From IMG/VR virus record IMGVR_UViG_3300049434_000014, positions 89,456 to 153,455 of that record: a stretch of 64,000 bases of DNA; one strand, given 5' to 3'. Of this stretch, positions 8,374-17,564 are shown one piece after another. Numbering within the stretch: the stretch's first letter is position 1; each line of letters starts with the position of its first letter. Source of the DNA: a virus. The position numbers and the translations under genes were made by a program. The notes beneath the pieces were generated by a model. That model did no database searches. It saw nothing but the letters and a program-made list of their open reading frames with translations, and had not been told where the DNA came from.

Positions 8374-9474
8374 TTGACTGTTCGGGAGATTTTCTTGGCG
8401 GGGACTTATCCCTGTAGGGATAGGGAGGAGTCTCAGAGTTGGGCGTTGAGTGCGTTTTCTCCTAACATTCGTCGCATTGGTGATGGCGAGACTGGTGATC
8501 GGTCTAATTGGATTGTGGGGCTGAAGGATCGGTTGAGTCGCAGCCCGGATCTCATTCTTGAGCGGGATGGTCAGTGGGTTGACTATTACGATTCCCCTCG
8601 TTTCCGGCCTACGAGTGGTTTTGTCGACCCGGCTGGTCTCGATCTCGGGTATGCCGAAAATGCGATCGATGCTCACGATGCGCTGCAGCGTTTGCTCGCG
8701 CAGCGTCGGGCTGATCCGATTCCTTACATGGGCCTTGACAATATTGATCTTCAGGTAGGCATTCCTGGCCCTGCTGATGTGGCTGAGTTTTATCTGGCGG
8801 GGCTGCCTTCCTTTAAGGATCTGCTGGGCTGGTTGCGGGGCTTCAGAGCGTTCCTGCGCCACGTTCATGCGTTCCGGGCTGCGACGGCTAGGGAGATCTC
8901 ACGGATCGTCTCAGAGGTCTCTCCGAGCCCGGTGTTCTCGATTGAGATTCCCTTCGAGACCGTGCTCGCAGTCCGCTTCGCGGGCATGCCTTCGTTGGTG
9001 CGTAAGTGGTTGTATCGCAAGATCTCAGATGAGATCAACAAGTTGGTTATCTGTACCCCGTTGGGTACGAGGTTTGGTCTGCATTTGTGCACGGGTGATT
9101 TGGAGGGCCTTCCGTTGGCACGGCCTAAGCTTGTAGATCCGGTCGCTGAGCTTGCCGCTGCGTTGATCGCTGCCTGGCCGGATGGTTATCTCTTGGAGTA
9201 CGTTCACATTCCGTTGTGTGATGGGCAGGCGCCTCCGCATCCTCAAGAAGAGTTCTACGCGTCATTGGATATGCTTAAGGATGTGAAGCCTGAGATCTTC
9301 GCTGGTATCGTGCATCCTTCTGCTACGCTCCCGCAACAGAAGTACACGCTTCGTGTCGTTGAAGAGAGGATTGGCAAGCCGGTCGGCGTCGCAATGTGGT
9401 GCGGGTGCGGACGTATGGATCCTGCTTTGCGAGATAAGGTCGCAGAGCGTCATAGGGATCTAAGCACTGCGTGA
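8374..9474 (+). CDS. UROD/MetE-like TIM-barrel protein (start approximate)
   Basis: GLHLCTGD (HxC), EYVH and C-terminal CGCGR resemble Zn ligands of cobalamin-independent methionine synthase-like proteins; the ORF-track start at 8320 lies inside tRNA-Arg. Confidence 0.6.
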   Translation: MTVREIFLAGTYPCRDREESQSWALSAFSPNIRRIGDGETGDRSNWIVGLKDRLSRSPDLILERDGQWVDYYDSPRFRPTSGFVDPAGLDLGYAENAIDAHDALQRLLAQRRADPIPYMGLDNIDLQVGIPGPADVAEFYLAGLPSFKDLLGWLRGFRAFLRHVHAFRAATAREISRIVSEVSPSPVFSIEIPFETVLAVRFAGMPSLVRKWLYRKISDEINKLVICTPLGTRFGLHLCTGDLEGLPLARPKLVDPVAELAAALIAAWPDGYLLEYVHIPLCDGQAPPHPQEEFYASLDMLKDVKPEIFAGIVHPSATLPQQKYTLRVVEERIGKPVGVAMWCGCGRMDPALRDKVAERHRDLSTA

Positions 9475-9605
9475 TGTACTCGCATACTCTGGAGAGTTGA
9501 GCTAGGTTTGCTTTGGGGAATGATCGCCCCTCCCCACCAATGGTCTCGTGGCCTGGATGGCTGAATCCCCCCCTCCCGTCCGAGGTGACTACGAGACACT
9601 CACCT

Positions 9606-9636
9606 ACTGGCCCAGATCCCCGAGGTCTGGGCCAGT
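9606..9636 (+). terminator. Hairpin, probable terminator
   Basis: actggcccagatc-cccga-ggtctgggccagt. Confidence 0.6.
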
Positions 9637-9661
9637 GGTGTGTCTAGGGTAGAACTAGCAC

Positions 9662-10351
9662 ATGTCAGAAGCAGACCGGCTTGATCCGGCTAAACTTGTC
9701 GTGTGGTTAGACTTCGAGACGTCTGGCCTTGATACTGATTGCTCTACGGTAATCGAGGCTGGCTGGTCGATTACTGATACCAGTCTTGTGCAGCGGACTC
9801 CGTTGCGCTCGAGGTTGTGTGGGTTTGTCCCCATTCCTGGCACGGCTCGTGCGGTTACGCCTGCGTCTCCTGATTGGATGGACGTAGATGGTTACGTAAT
9901 CAATATGCATGAGAATTCAGGTCTTGCGGTGGAGTTTGAGAATACTTCTCCACATCAGGTTCTAGGATCTTTCGCGCAGTTGGATCGTTTGATTCTCGAT
10001 GATTTGTTTTCGGTCGGGTGGAATGGAGAGGCTAAGTTCGTCCTAGCCGGATCCGGGCTCGCTGCTTTTGACCGTAGGATCTTGATCGCTGGGCATTCTG
10101 TTTTACAGGATATGGCACATTACCGTGCTATGGATGTCTCGGTCGCCTACGAGACCGTTGGTTTGGCAGTTCCTAAGACTTCGGCGCAGATGCAGGCGAT
10201 CTTCGATGCGTGGCCTGGCGTCGCGGGTGTGCAGCGAGCTGACGATTCTTGGATCTTTCCTGCAGGTCTGGATCCTTTGCACCGGGCGGGCACGGATGTT
10301 GCTGCGTCGATCATGTTGTGTCGGGTGTTGAGGTCGAGAATTATGGCATGA
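9662..10351 (+). CDS. Oligoribonuclease-like DEDDh 3'-5' exonuclease
   Basis: VWLDFETSGLD, LAGSG..FDRR, HYRAMDVS, HRAGTD motifs. Confidence 0.8.
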   Translation: MSEADRLDPAKLVVWLDFETSGLDTDCSTVIEAGWSITDTSLVQRTPLRSRLCGFVPIPGTARAVTPASPDWMDVDGYVINMHENSGLAVEFENTSPHQVLGSFAQLDRLILDDLFSVGWNGEAKFVLAGSGLAAFDRRILIAGHSVLQDMAHYRAMDVSVAYETVGLAVPKTSAQMQAIFDAWPGVAGVQRADDSWIFPAGLDPLHRAGTDVAASIMLCRVLRSRIMA

Positions 10352-10866
10352 GCCTTATTGGGTTTGAGAGTCCCTTTCCGGTTGCTGTATCTCAGACGGG
10401 TGATACGGAATGGGAGCTTACAGCTGCGATGACTTATCATGGCAGGTATCAAACGTTTACGGTTCCTGTAGGGCAGACTACGGATTTCGCCAGTGTTCCT
10501 GCTGTGCTTACGTGGTTGGTTCCTATCGAGACGGGTATCCCCGCTGCGGTGCTTCACGACTATCTGTGGCGGGTGAAGGTCCCTGCGAGCGAGTTGGAAT
10601 ACCGGGAGGCTGACGGTATTTTGCGTCAGGCTTTGGGCTCTCTGGGTGTGCCTGGGCCACGGCGCTGGCTGATGTGGGCGGCGGTGCGCTGGGGCTCTCT
10701 GACGCGTCCTGGGGGCCATCAGGGCTGGTTGCGTGATGCCCCGGCTGTGGTGGCTGTGACGTTGCTGGGGCTGCCCCTCGCGTTGCCTGCAGTGCTTCTG
10801 TTGCCGTCGACGGGTGTGCTCACTCTCGCGGATTGGATTTTCGGTAGGAGTAAACGTGGAGCCTAA
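10348..10866 (+). CDS. DUF1353 family protein
   Basis: TVPVG.TTDFASVP, AAVLHDYLW, EADGIL, MWAAVR. Confidence 0.8.
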   Translation: MSLIGFESPFPVAVSQTGDTEWELTAAMTYHGRYQTFTVPVGQTTDFASVPAVLTWLVPIETGIPAAVLHDYLWRVKVPASELEYREADGILRQALGSLGVPGPRRWLMWAAVRWGSLTRPGGHQGWLRDAPAVVAVTLLGLPLALPAVLLLPSTGVLTLADWIFGRSKRGA

Positions 10867-11113
10867 ATCTGATTCTTTGGTCGATCTGCTGCGTCAAACA
10901 GTGCAAAGAATTCCTGAGATGACGGAAGAGCAGAGAGACTGGCTTTACTCGATTGTCTGTGAATGTCATATTGCAGGGTTGCGGCGCGCTGGCGATCGTC
11001 TTCGTGCGGAGGTTATTGAGGTACAGCGGGAAAACACAAAGCTGTACGCACGGATTGCTGAGTTGGAGGCCGAGTTGGCTAAGCATGCTGACGTCAGTTC
11101 AGCTCCAAGCTAG
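10856..11113 (+). CDS. Hypothetical coiled-coil protein
   Basis: aggag SD before GTG 10856. Confidence 0.55.
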   Translation: MEPKSDSLVDLLRQTVQRIPEMTEEQRDWLYSIVCECHIAGLRRAGDRLRAEVIEVQRENTKLYARIAELEAELAKHADVSSAPS

Positions 11114-11145
11114 CTCCAACCTGAACCAAATTTGGGAGCACGAAG

Positions 11146-11829
11146 ATGCCTAACAATCCAAAGACTAAATACTTCTTTGATACTGAGTTCCTTGAGGATG
11201 GCAATACGATTGATCTGATCTCGATCGGTATTGTATGTGAGGATGGACGTAAGTATTACGCAGTCAATCGTGATGCTGACTGGGTTCGTATCCTTCAGCA
11301 TGAGTTCTTAATGAAAGAAGTAGTTCCACATTTGCCTTTGTTACCTGAGTCAGAGTGGTTTAATAATGGTACGTATGCCACCATCCTTAATGAAGATGAC
11401 CCTACGGTGAAGGCATATGCTCAGATTGCAGATGAGGTATACAAGTTCTTGTTAGATGATGGTCGCGGTACGAGTCGCAATAATCGTGAGTTGTGGGCGT
11501 GGTTTGCTTCTTATGATTTTGTTGCTTTGTGTCAGCTTTACGGAACGATGATAGGACTACCTGATGGCATTCCTATGTTCATTCGTGACCTGAAGCAGGA
11601 GCATGAGCGGTTGGGTAGTCCCTCACGGCCGTCTCAGGTTAAAGGGACTGCGCATAATGCATTGTTTGATGCTGAGTATGACTATCATCTCTTTAACTTC
11701 TTACGTCAGTACGAGGCTCGTCGGCTGTCTGAGATGTCTCAACAGGTTTTGTGTTGTTCGTTTGATGTCGGCGAGGCTCACGAGTTGTTAGATGCTGTGT
11801 CTGATTGGCGTCCGAATAAGAGGGCATGA
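11146..11829 (+). CDS. Rv2179c/RNase AS-like 3'-5' exoribonuclease (DEDDh)
   Basis: YFFDTEFLEDG.TIDLISIG, LWAW.ASYD.V.LCQL.G, HNALFDA. Confidence 0.85.
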   Translation: MPNNPKTKYFFDTEFLEDGNTIDLISIGIVCEDGRKYYAVNRDADWVRILQHEFLMKEVVPHLPLLPESEWFNNGTYATILNEDDPTVKAYAQIADEVYKFLLDDGRGTSRNNRELWAWFASYDFVALCQLYGTMIGLPDGIPMFIRDLKQEHERLGSPSRPSQVKGTAHNALFDAEYDYHLFNFLRQYEARRLSEMSQQVLCCSFDVGEAHELLDAVSDWRPNKRA

Positions 11830-12521
11830 TCTGCCTGGTCAATAAATCGACTCTGCTCAAAGACGCCGATGTTCGGCTCATGGCGCGGGCGTGCGCTTCT
11901 CAGGTGAAGTTGCATCTGGCCTCGGCGTGGGGGTTGTCGCCGATTCCGGTTGTCTATCTTTCGAGCAAAGACGATGCCCCTCCAGGTGCGTGGGTGCTCA
12001 CGGTGTTAGATGATTCTGATCAGGCAGATGCTTTGGGCTGGCACTCTGAGGATGACTCGGGTCTGTACTACGGACGGATCTTCGCTCGCCCTGTTTTCGA
12101 CAATGGTGGTAACGCGCTCACCAAGAGTTTGTCTGTGGCCTCGGTGGGTTCTCACGAGGTGTGCGAGATTTTCTGCGATCCGGCTTGTAATCTCTACGCT
12201 GAGATGGATCAGCACACGGAGATTGCGGTGGAGGCTTGCGATCCGGTGGAATCTGATTCTTACGTGATCAAGGTTGACGGGATCTCGGTTACGGTCAGTA
12301 ACTTTGTGACGCGTCGTTGGTTCGATCCGCTGGCTCAAGGTGGCCGCTTCGACTATCTGGGGAAGGTCAACGCTCCGTTTACGATGACTAAGGGTGGTTA
12401 CGTCATCGTGAAGAAGGATGGTGTGATCTCTCAGCAGTTTGGTGAGAAGTACCCGGAGTGGAAGAAGGCGACGAAGCAGCATCGGCTGGCTCGCACCGCG
12501 CGGAGGTCTCTGCAGCGGTAG
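11826..12521 (+). CDS. Hypothetical protein, zincin-like
   Basis: ALGWH..SHEVCE..DP, EACDPVE; CCGAATA 7 nt upstream. Confidence 0.65.
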   Translation: MICLVNKSTLLKDADVRLMARACASQVKLHLASAWGLSPIPVVYLSSKDDAPPGAWVLTVLDDSDQADALGWHSEDDSGLYYGRIFARPVFDNGGNALTKSLSVASVGSHEVCEIFCDPACNLYAEMDQHTEIAVEACDPVESDSYVIKVDGISVTVSNFVTRRWFDPLAQGGRFDYLGKVNAPFTMTKGGYVIVKKDGVISQQFGEKYPEWKKATKQHRLARTARRSLQR

Positions 12522-12789
12522 TACCTTGCATGGATTGTCCTGGTGCGCTGCCGTCTGACCCTGATGCTCTAAACGACTATCTTGATTCGTTGGTGAGCGC
12601 TAATCGTGTCTCGGCACAAGATGCTGACGCTGTGCGCCAGTTTCGACGTTTTCTTGAGGCGGTCGCTCCCTATCGTCCCGGTCCGCTGCCGGTCTCTGTG
12701 ATTCGTGAGTACCAGGGTTACCTTGGGGTCTCTGATGTTGAGCTGGCAGAGATCGAGCGGCAGCGTCGCACGGAGGGGTAGGACCAGAC

Positions 12790-13128
12790 ATGACTTCTCA
12801 TACGCGTACCGTTTCTCAAATGAAGCTTTCGCACATTAAAGGTATTCTCAGTACGATCCCTTCGTTTGTCTCTGAGGACTACCAAGGCATTAAGGTTGGT
12901 AGTCGTAGCTCTTTGTTCTCAGATCTTGAGCGCATCATGTGTATGCATATTCATTCTGATCTACATCCTATCTTCTGGATTGCAGTTGCTACGTGGTACT
13001 GTGATCAAGAACGTCTCTACTTGCCGGACGTGCCTGAGTGGACTCCGCTGGATTTGGCGACAGACTGTATCTTAGATGATTCGCATAACATGTCGTTTCC
13101 ACACTTTGTGCTTTTGACGGAGGAGTGA
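12790..13128 (+). CDS. Hypothetical protein
   Basis: GGGTAGGAC 5 nt before ATG. Confidence 0.55.
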   Translation: MTSHTRTVSQMKLSHIKGILSTIPSFVSEDYQGIKVGSRSSLFSDLERIMCMHIHSDLHPIFWIAVATWYCDQERLYLPDVPEWTPLDLATDCILDDSHNMSFPHFVLLTEE

Positions 13129-13790
13129 TGACTTCCGTTGCTGAGGTATCTGATGCGGTTCGTGCAACGCGTCAGAGGCTGTCCGTCCGGGTGGGCGAAG
13201 CCCAGGTTTTAGCCAAGCGCGGCCAAGAGTTGGTTAATGAAGTCGCTGTGCTGTCCGACGAGCGGGCTACGGCTGATCGTGTGTCGGGTGTGCTCTCGAA
13301 GATCGGTTCAGAGCGTGACGCTGCCGCTCGGGCTCAGGTCGAGGGTCTGGTGACGTCGGGGCTGCAGGCAATCTTCGAGGAGAATCTGTCGTTTCATCTT
13401 GTGGAGAGTACGTCGAGACAAACTCCACAGATTGACTTCGTGGTGCGTACTCATTTGCCGGACAGCTCATCGTTCGAGACTGATGTAATGAATGCGCGCG
13501 GTGGCGGGCTTGCTGCAGTCGTGGGTTTGTTGTTGCGCGTTGTGCTCATCCTCTTGACAAGAGCGTCGGGGAAGAAAGCACCAGATGTATTAGTTCTTGA
13601 CGAGACGCTCGCTCATCTGTCGCGTGAGTATCTTGATGCTGCGGGTCAGTTCCTTCGGACGCTGTGCGACTCCACGGGTTTGCAGCTGATCATTGTTACG
13701 CACCAGCAGGAGTTGGTTGAGTTCGCCGATGTGTCGTATCGTCTTCGTTTGGATGCAAACGGTAGAACCGTAGCAACCAAGGAGGCATGA
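13125..13790 (+). CDS. Rad50/SbcC-like ABC ATPase, C-terminal half
   Basis: Signature-like RGGG, Walker B LVLDE, H-loop IIVTHQ; no Walker A. Confidence 0.8.
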   Translation: MMTSVAEVSDAVRATRQRLSVRVGEAQVLAKRGQELVNEVAVLSDERATADRVSGVLSKIGSERDAAARAQVEGLVTSGLQAIFEENLSFHLVESTSRQTPQIDFVVRTHLPDSSSFETDVMNARGGGLAAVVGLLLRVVLILLTRASGKKAPDVLVLDETLAHLSREYLDAAGQFLRTLCDSTGLQLIIVTHQQELVEFADVSYRLRLDANGRTVATKEA

Positions 13791-13972
13791 TGGATCGAGA
13801 GTTGTTAACTGAGCTGTTGGGCGAGGGTTTCCATACAGCATTTCGCAAAGCTACTGACTGCGACCAGGCACCAGTCATCTACAGGTTAATTGAAGAGATG
13901 CCTGAAGATGACTGGGCCAATGTTCTAGACTTTGTTGCGGATTGTTTACCTACCGAGAAGTTCAAAGACTAG
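13787..13972 (+). CDS. Small hypothetical protein
   Basis: aggagg SD, ATGA coupling. Confidence 0.6.
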   Translation: MMDRELLTELLGEGFHTAFRKATDCDQAPVIYRLIEEMPEDDWANVLDFVADCLPTEKFKD

Positions 13973-14103
13973 AAGTCGCGATTGCGCCAGGCGGATCGGT
14001 TGTCCCAGATTCGAGACATGTCAAACCAGGCTCGCCCAGTCTCAGCTCGCCAGACACCGATATGATATCCAGAGAACAAACCGAGACCAAGCAGCACGAA
14101 ACC
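13967..14103 (+). repeat. Degenerate pentamer-phased array
   Basis: tgcgc caggc ggatc; gattc gagac atgtc aaacc; tcgcc cagtc tcagc tcgcc; aaacc gagac caagc agcac gaaac. Confidence 0.5.
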
Positions 14104-14213
14104 TCCTAAGTGGAGGATGCTGTTTATGAGATCCCACATGGCTTTTCCTCGATTCCTGTCCTTTGGGTACTACTGTAGCAACGTGTCAAGGTGACTCGTT
14201 ATCGAGGGGTGAC

Positions 14214-14441
14214 ATGATGAGTAGACAAGAAAAGTGGGAAGCACTAAGTAATATTCAGAAAGCGAAGCGTCAGGCCCTAGGCGCGGTATTCTCTGTTTTT
14301 GTGCTGGTGTTCCTGCCCTTCTGGGTGCCCCTGGACGGTATTTTCAAGATCATCTGCGCGGTGATCGTCGGCCTGTTGGGGCTAATACTGGCTTTCCAGG
14401 CTGGTGTGTACTCAAGTTCTACGGACGAGGAGACTAGATAG
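14214..14441 (+). CDS. Two-TM membrane protein
   Basis: gagggg SD; two hydrophobic helices. Confidence 0.6.
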   Translation: MMSRQEKWEALSNIQKAKRQALGAVFSVFVLVFLPFWVPLDGIFKIICAVIVGLLGLILAFQAGVYSSSTDEETR

Positions 14442-14893
14442 TGACTGACTCTGCTGGTCCTTATTACGAGATCGTGGATGAAGACGATGCTGGTGTATCT
14501 GATTTGCCAGTGCAGGAGATTGTTTGGGTGGTCGACCCTGATGCCGACCCAATCGTCCCGTACGCGGGTATGGACCCTGACGAGCCAATCGTGAAGTCTG
14601 CCGATGATGGTCCTGTCGCGGGCAGTGCAGGGGATCTTCCGTGAGTACTGCTACAGTGTGTATTCCTGGTACGCGTTCTTATCGCGCGGGTGTGACTCGA
14701 GGTTACGAACGTGCGGAGCGCATGTTTTCCATGGAGGGCTGTGCTCGTATCCCTCATCGTTCTGACGTCCTGAGGGGTCTTCCCTTTTGGGTTGAGGGTC
14801 ATGATGATATTGAGAAGTATCTTGACGGGTATGCGTTAGGATTTGCACGTCGAGTGTCCGGTCATTGGCCAAACGGTATGTTGAGGACTTTCA

Positions 14894-15457
14894 ATGAGTG
14901 AACCTGTGCTTGATACACGTGATTACAATGCTGAGATGAATGAGCTTATTTCAGAGAAGATTCCTGCTGATGGGGATTTCATTCCTTCGCTGGCTGCGTG
15001 GAGCATCGTCTCAGCTCTCACCGAGACTGATCCTGAGCTTCTCGACGGTTGGCTGCGTTTGCACGCGAAGTCGTTTCTTACGGAGTTGATGCGTGCTCAG
15101 CTTCGTTCTCATCGTGCTCGGGTTCGGTCTAGTGCGAAGGCGACGGCGTTTTCGTCTGCTGCTAAGCGCTTTGAGAAAAACGGTGACCTCGCCGAGCTGG
15201 GCGGGTGGATGAAGATTCGGTATGTAGTCGATGATCAGAGTACGCAGCGTTGTCTTGGCGATATGGATCGTAATGATCTGAATTTCGTTGCTTCACGGTA
15301 TAGTCGGACGGCTCAGACTCTGTTGCTCGAGGAGGCGTTTCATCGCGCGCTAGCATCGCGGGTGGGTAGTCTGAAGGTCAGTGAGGTTTTCACTGAGGAG
15401 CAGATTAGCGCGATGTATCGTAATCTGAGTGGCAATACGCATACTGCTACTGCCTGA
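14894..15457 (+). CDS. Hypothetical helical protein, stop codon overlaps first GAC of array 3
   Basis: 187 aa ORF with gagga SD. Confidence 0.7.
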   Translation: MSEPVLDTRDYNAEMNELISEKIPADGDFIPSLAAWSIVSALTETDPELLDGWLRLHAKSFLTELMRAQLRSHRARVRSSAKATAFSSAAKRFEKNGDLAELGGWMKIRYVVDDQSTQRCLGDMDRNDLNFVASRYSRTAQTLLLEEAFHRALASRVGSLKVSEVFTEEQISAMYRNLSGNTHTATA

Positions 15458-15793
15458 CTTACCAAGACCAGTCACGGCTCATCCGTTCGATACCGTTCCG
15501 ACATGTCTAGCCTCATCCCGTCAAGTCTTGCCATTGCCGACACGTCTAAGCACGTCTATTCACGTCCGACATTCCAAGGCCAGTCGCGTCGCGTTGGGCC
15601 ATATCGCTTCCTTTCCGACTACGCACTTCTGCCCATAACTATTCACGGCGACTTCCCGTATCAGGCCAAGTCGAGCCGTTTCGACTACACACTTCTCGCC
15701 GCGCCTAGTCGGGACCGACTTCACAAGCCGGATCGTGACAGGTCAGTTCGAGACCGACTGGGCTATCCGAATCGTTTCTCATCCGACAATGTC
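15456..15793 (+). repeat. Pentamer-phased GAC-(NNNYC)n array 3 (9 complete units)
   Basis: gac atgtc tagcc tcatc ccgtc aagtc ttgcc attgc c | gac acgtc taagc acgtc tattc acgtc c | ... | gac ttccc gtatc aggcc aagtc gagcc gtttc. Confidence 0.92.
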
Positions 15794-15804
15794 AGGAGTG
15801 TCTA

Positions 15805-16119
15805 GTGACTATCTCTGCTCAAGAGATTCTTAACTTGCCGATGCAGTCTAACGATGCGCAGGCAGCTACAGTTGGAGAATACTTGGTTGCACTTGTTAGA
15901 GAAGTGTGGAGATTAAATGAGAATTTTAGCGGTAAGAGACCGTTTGGGAACAGTGGATGGCATTACGAGCTTTACGCACCGTTGGTGAGAGCAGGTTTAG
16001 TTGACGGGCTCACTAATGAGGATGGAGAGATTGAAGTTACTGATGGACGCAGGGCTGATGCGTTGATTGATTTGGCCATCTTGGGGCTCTGGAAGCCCAG
16101 CGCGGAGAGCACGCAATAG
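15805..16119 (+). CDS. Hypothetical phage protein
   Basis: aggag SD; FSGKRPFGNSGW motif. Confidence 0.7.
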   Translation: MTISAQEILNLPMQSNDAQAATVGEYLVALVREVWRLNENFSGKRPFGNSGWHYELYAPLVRAGLVDGLTNEDGEIEVTDGRRADALIDLAILGLWKPSAESTQ

Positions 16120-16204
16120 TCACGGATCGCAACCACCTCAGCTCCCATCCGTTATCTGGGTGCTGAGGTGGTTTTGCGTTGTCCCCTATTTTTGAGGAGA
16201 GACT

Positions 16205-16639
16205 GTGCTTGCTTACCGTAGGACGGTGCTCGCGGTGGTGAGTACTGCGACGCTTGGTGTGTCTTCTCTGCTGGCCGCTCCTGCCTTCGCTGATGACCCA
16301 TCGCTGCCTGGTGTGCCCAATCCCCCGTCGTGCACGAACCCGCTGCCGCTGCGGGGCAGTGAGGTCCCGATCTGTGTGACGGTCAATAACCCTCCCGACA
16401 ATGAGGGTGGCGTGAAGGCTCGCGTTCGGGTCGGAGACGTCTTGTGTGTGAAGGTCGACGCTCTTACCGAGCGTAAGACTGCTGACGCTCGCGTGATTCT
16501 GCCGTGCCCGATTCACTATGTTCCTGTGCCAGTTCCGGTGGAGGTGACTCCCGAGCCTGCTCCTGTCGAGACTCCTGAGCCCGCTCCTGTTGCACAGGCT
16601 CCTGAGATTGTACAGGCTCATTTGCCTGTTACGAATTAA
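16205..16639 (+). CDS. Secreted protein with Pro/Glu-rich tail
   Basis: Signal peptide ending AFA-DD; four Cys; EPAPVETPEPAP repeats; gaggag SD. Confidence 0.7.
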   Translation: MLAYRRTVLAVVSTATLGVSSLLAAPAFADDPSLPGVPNPPSCTNPLPLRGSEVPICVTVNNPPDNEGGVKARVRVGDVLCVKVDALTERKTADARVILPCPIHYVPVPVPVEVTPEPAPVETPEPAPVAQAPEIVQAHLPVTN

Positions 16640-16652
16640 TTCGTTTTCCACT

Positions 16653-16692
16653 GAAAGGCCCGTCCCTTTGCGCTAAGAGGGACGGGCCTTTC
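16653..16692 (+). terminator. Intrinsic terminator hairpin
   Basis: gaaaggcccgtccctt-tgcgct-aagagggacgggcctttc. Confidence 0.75.
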
Positions 16693-16772
16693 GCCTGGGT
16701 AGTACTCGGTATGGGATTCCGGTCTGTGGATACCCCATGTCTCGATGAAAAATACATCCAGGAGGAATACTC

Positions 16773-17531
16773 GTGACGGTTTCTACTTCGGCTCCTGTCA
16801 GTGTGTTTGCAAAGTACCGTGATGTCACGTGGCCTTATAGGTATGAGGGCACTCTGCACATCGATACCATTGCTGGAGGCATTCCTTCTGACGAGAAGGT
16901 TGCTGAGGCATGGTTACGTACGAAGTTGGAGAACAAAGACGACCTCATTCGTGAGGCCGTTGCTGAGACGATGGCCGCTCGCGGTGTCGGTAAGGAAGAG
17001 GCGGCACAGATCGTCGCTTCGATGAAGCACTTCACTGGTTTTAAGCGTGACAGCAATGGGCTATACATCGAAGGTCGTCAGCTGAAAGCGGCGATCAAGG
17101 AAGCGGCGATGATTGCTGTCGCCGCTGAGCGGATTCCCCTGCGCGGGTGGGGTGTTACCTCGAAGTACCTTAAGGGTTTCGTCGCGGAACACATCATGGT
17201 TGTCGATGACATCTTGTACTTGAAGGTGGACGGCACTCCTGCAAAGGAAGCTACTGGAATCACTCAGCAGTTCGTTCACACCCAGTACGGTTCGGCTCCG
17301 CACTACAAGGAGTTCGTGTCCGGTGCTACCATTGATTTCACGGTGATTACGGACTTCTTCTTCACCGAGGAGCATTGGATGCACATCTGGGCTACGGGTG
17401 AGCAGGAAGGGATCGGTGCCTCGCGCTCTGGCGGGTTCGGTCGCTACGTGGTTACTCGGTGGAATTTGGTGACTTCCCCACCAAAGAAGAAGGCTCCTGC
17501 CAAGGAGAAGGAAGCGGCTGCAGTTAGGTAG
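16773..17531 (+). CDS. Solitary RAMP-superfamily (Cas7/Csm3-like) RNA-binding protein
   Basis: aggagg SD; LYIEGRQLKAAIKEA matches the RAMP IPGSSxKGxxR motif; C-terminal G-rich loop GIGASRSGGFGRY; N-terminal strand YEGTLHI. Confidence 0.8.
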   Translation: MTVSTSAPVSVFAKYRDVTWPYRYEGTLHIDTIAGGIPSDEKVAEAWLRTKLENKDDLIREAVAETMAARGVGKEEAAQIVASMKHFTGFKRDSNGLYIEGRQLKAAIKEAAMIAVAAERIPLRGWGVTSKYLKGFVAEHIMVVDDILYLKVDGTPAKEATGITQQFVHTQYGSAPHYKEFVSGATIDFTVITDFFFTEEHWMHIWATGEQEGIGASRSGGFGRYVVTRWNLVTSPPKKKAPAKEKEAAAVR

Positions 17532-17564
17532 TGGTCTGGCGGCGCGTCTGGGTACGATGGCAGA

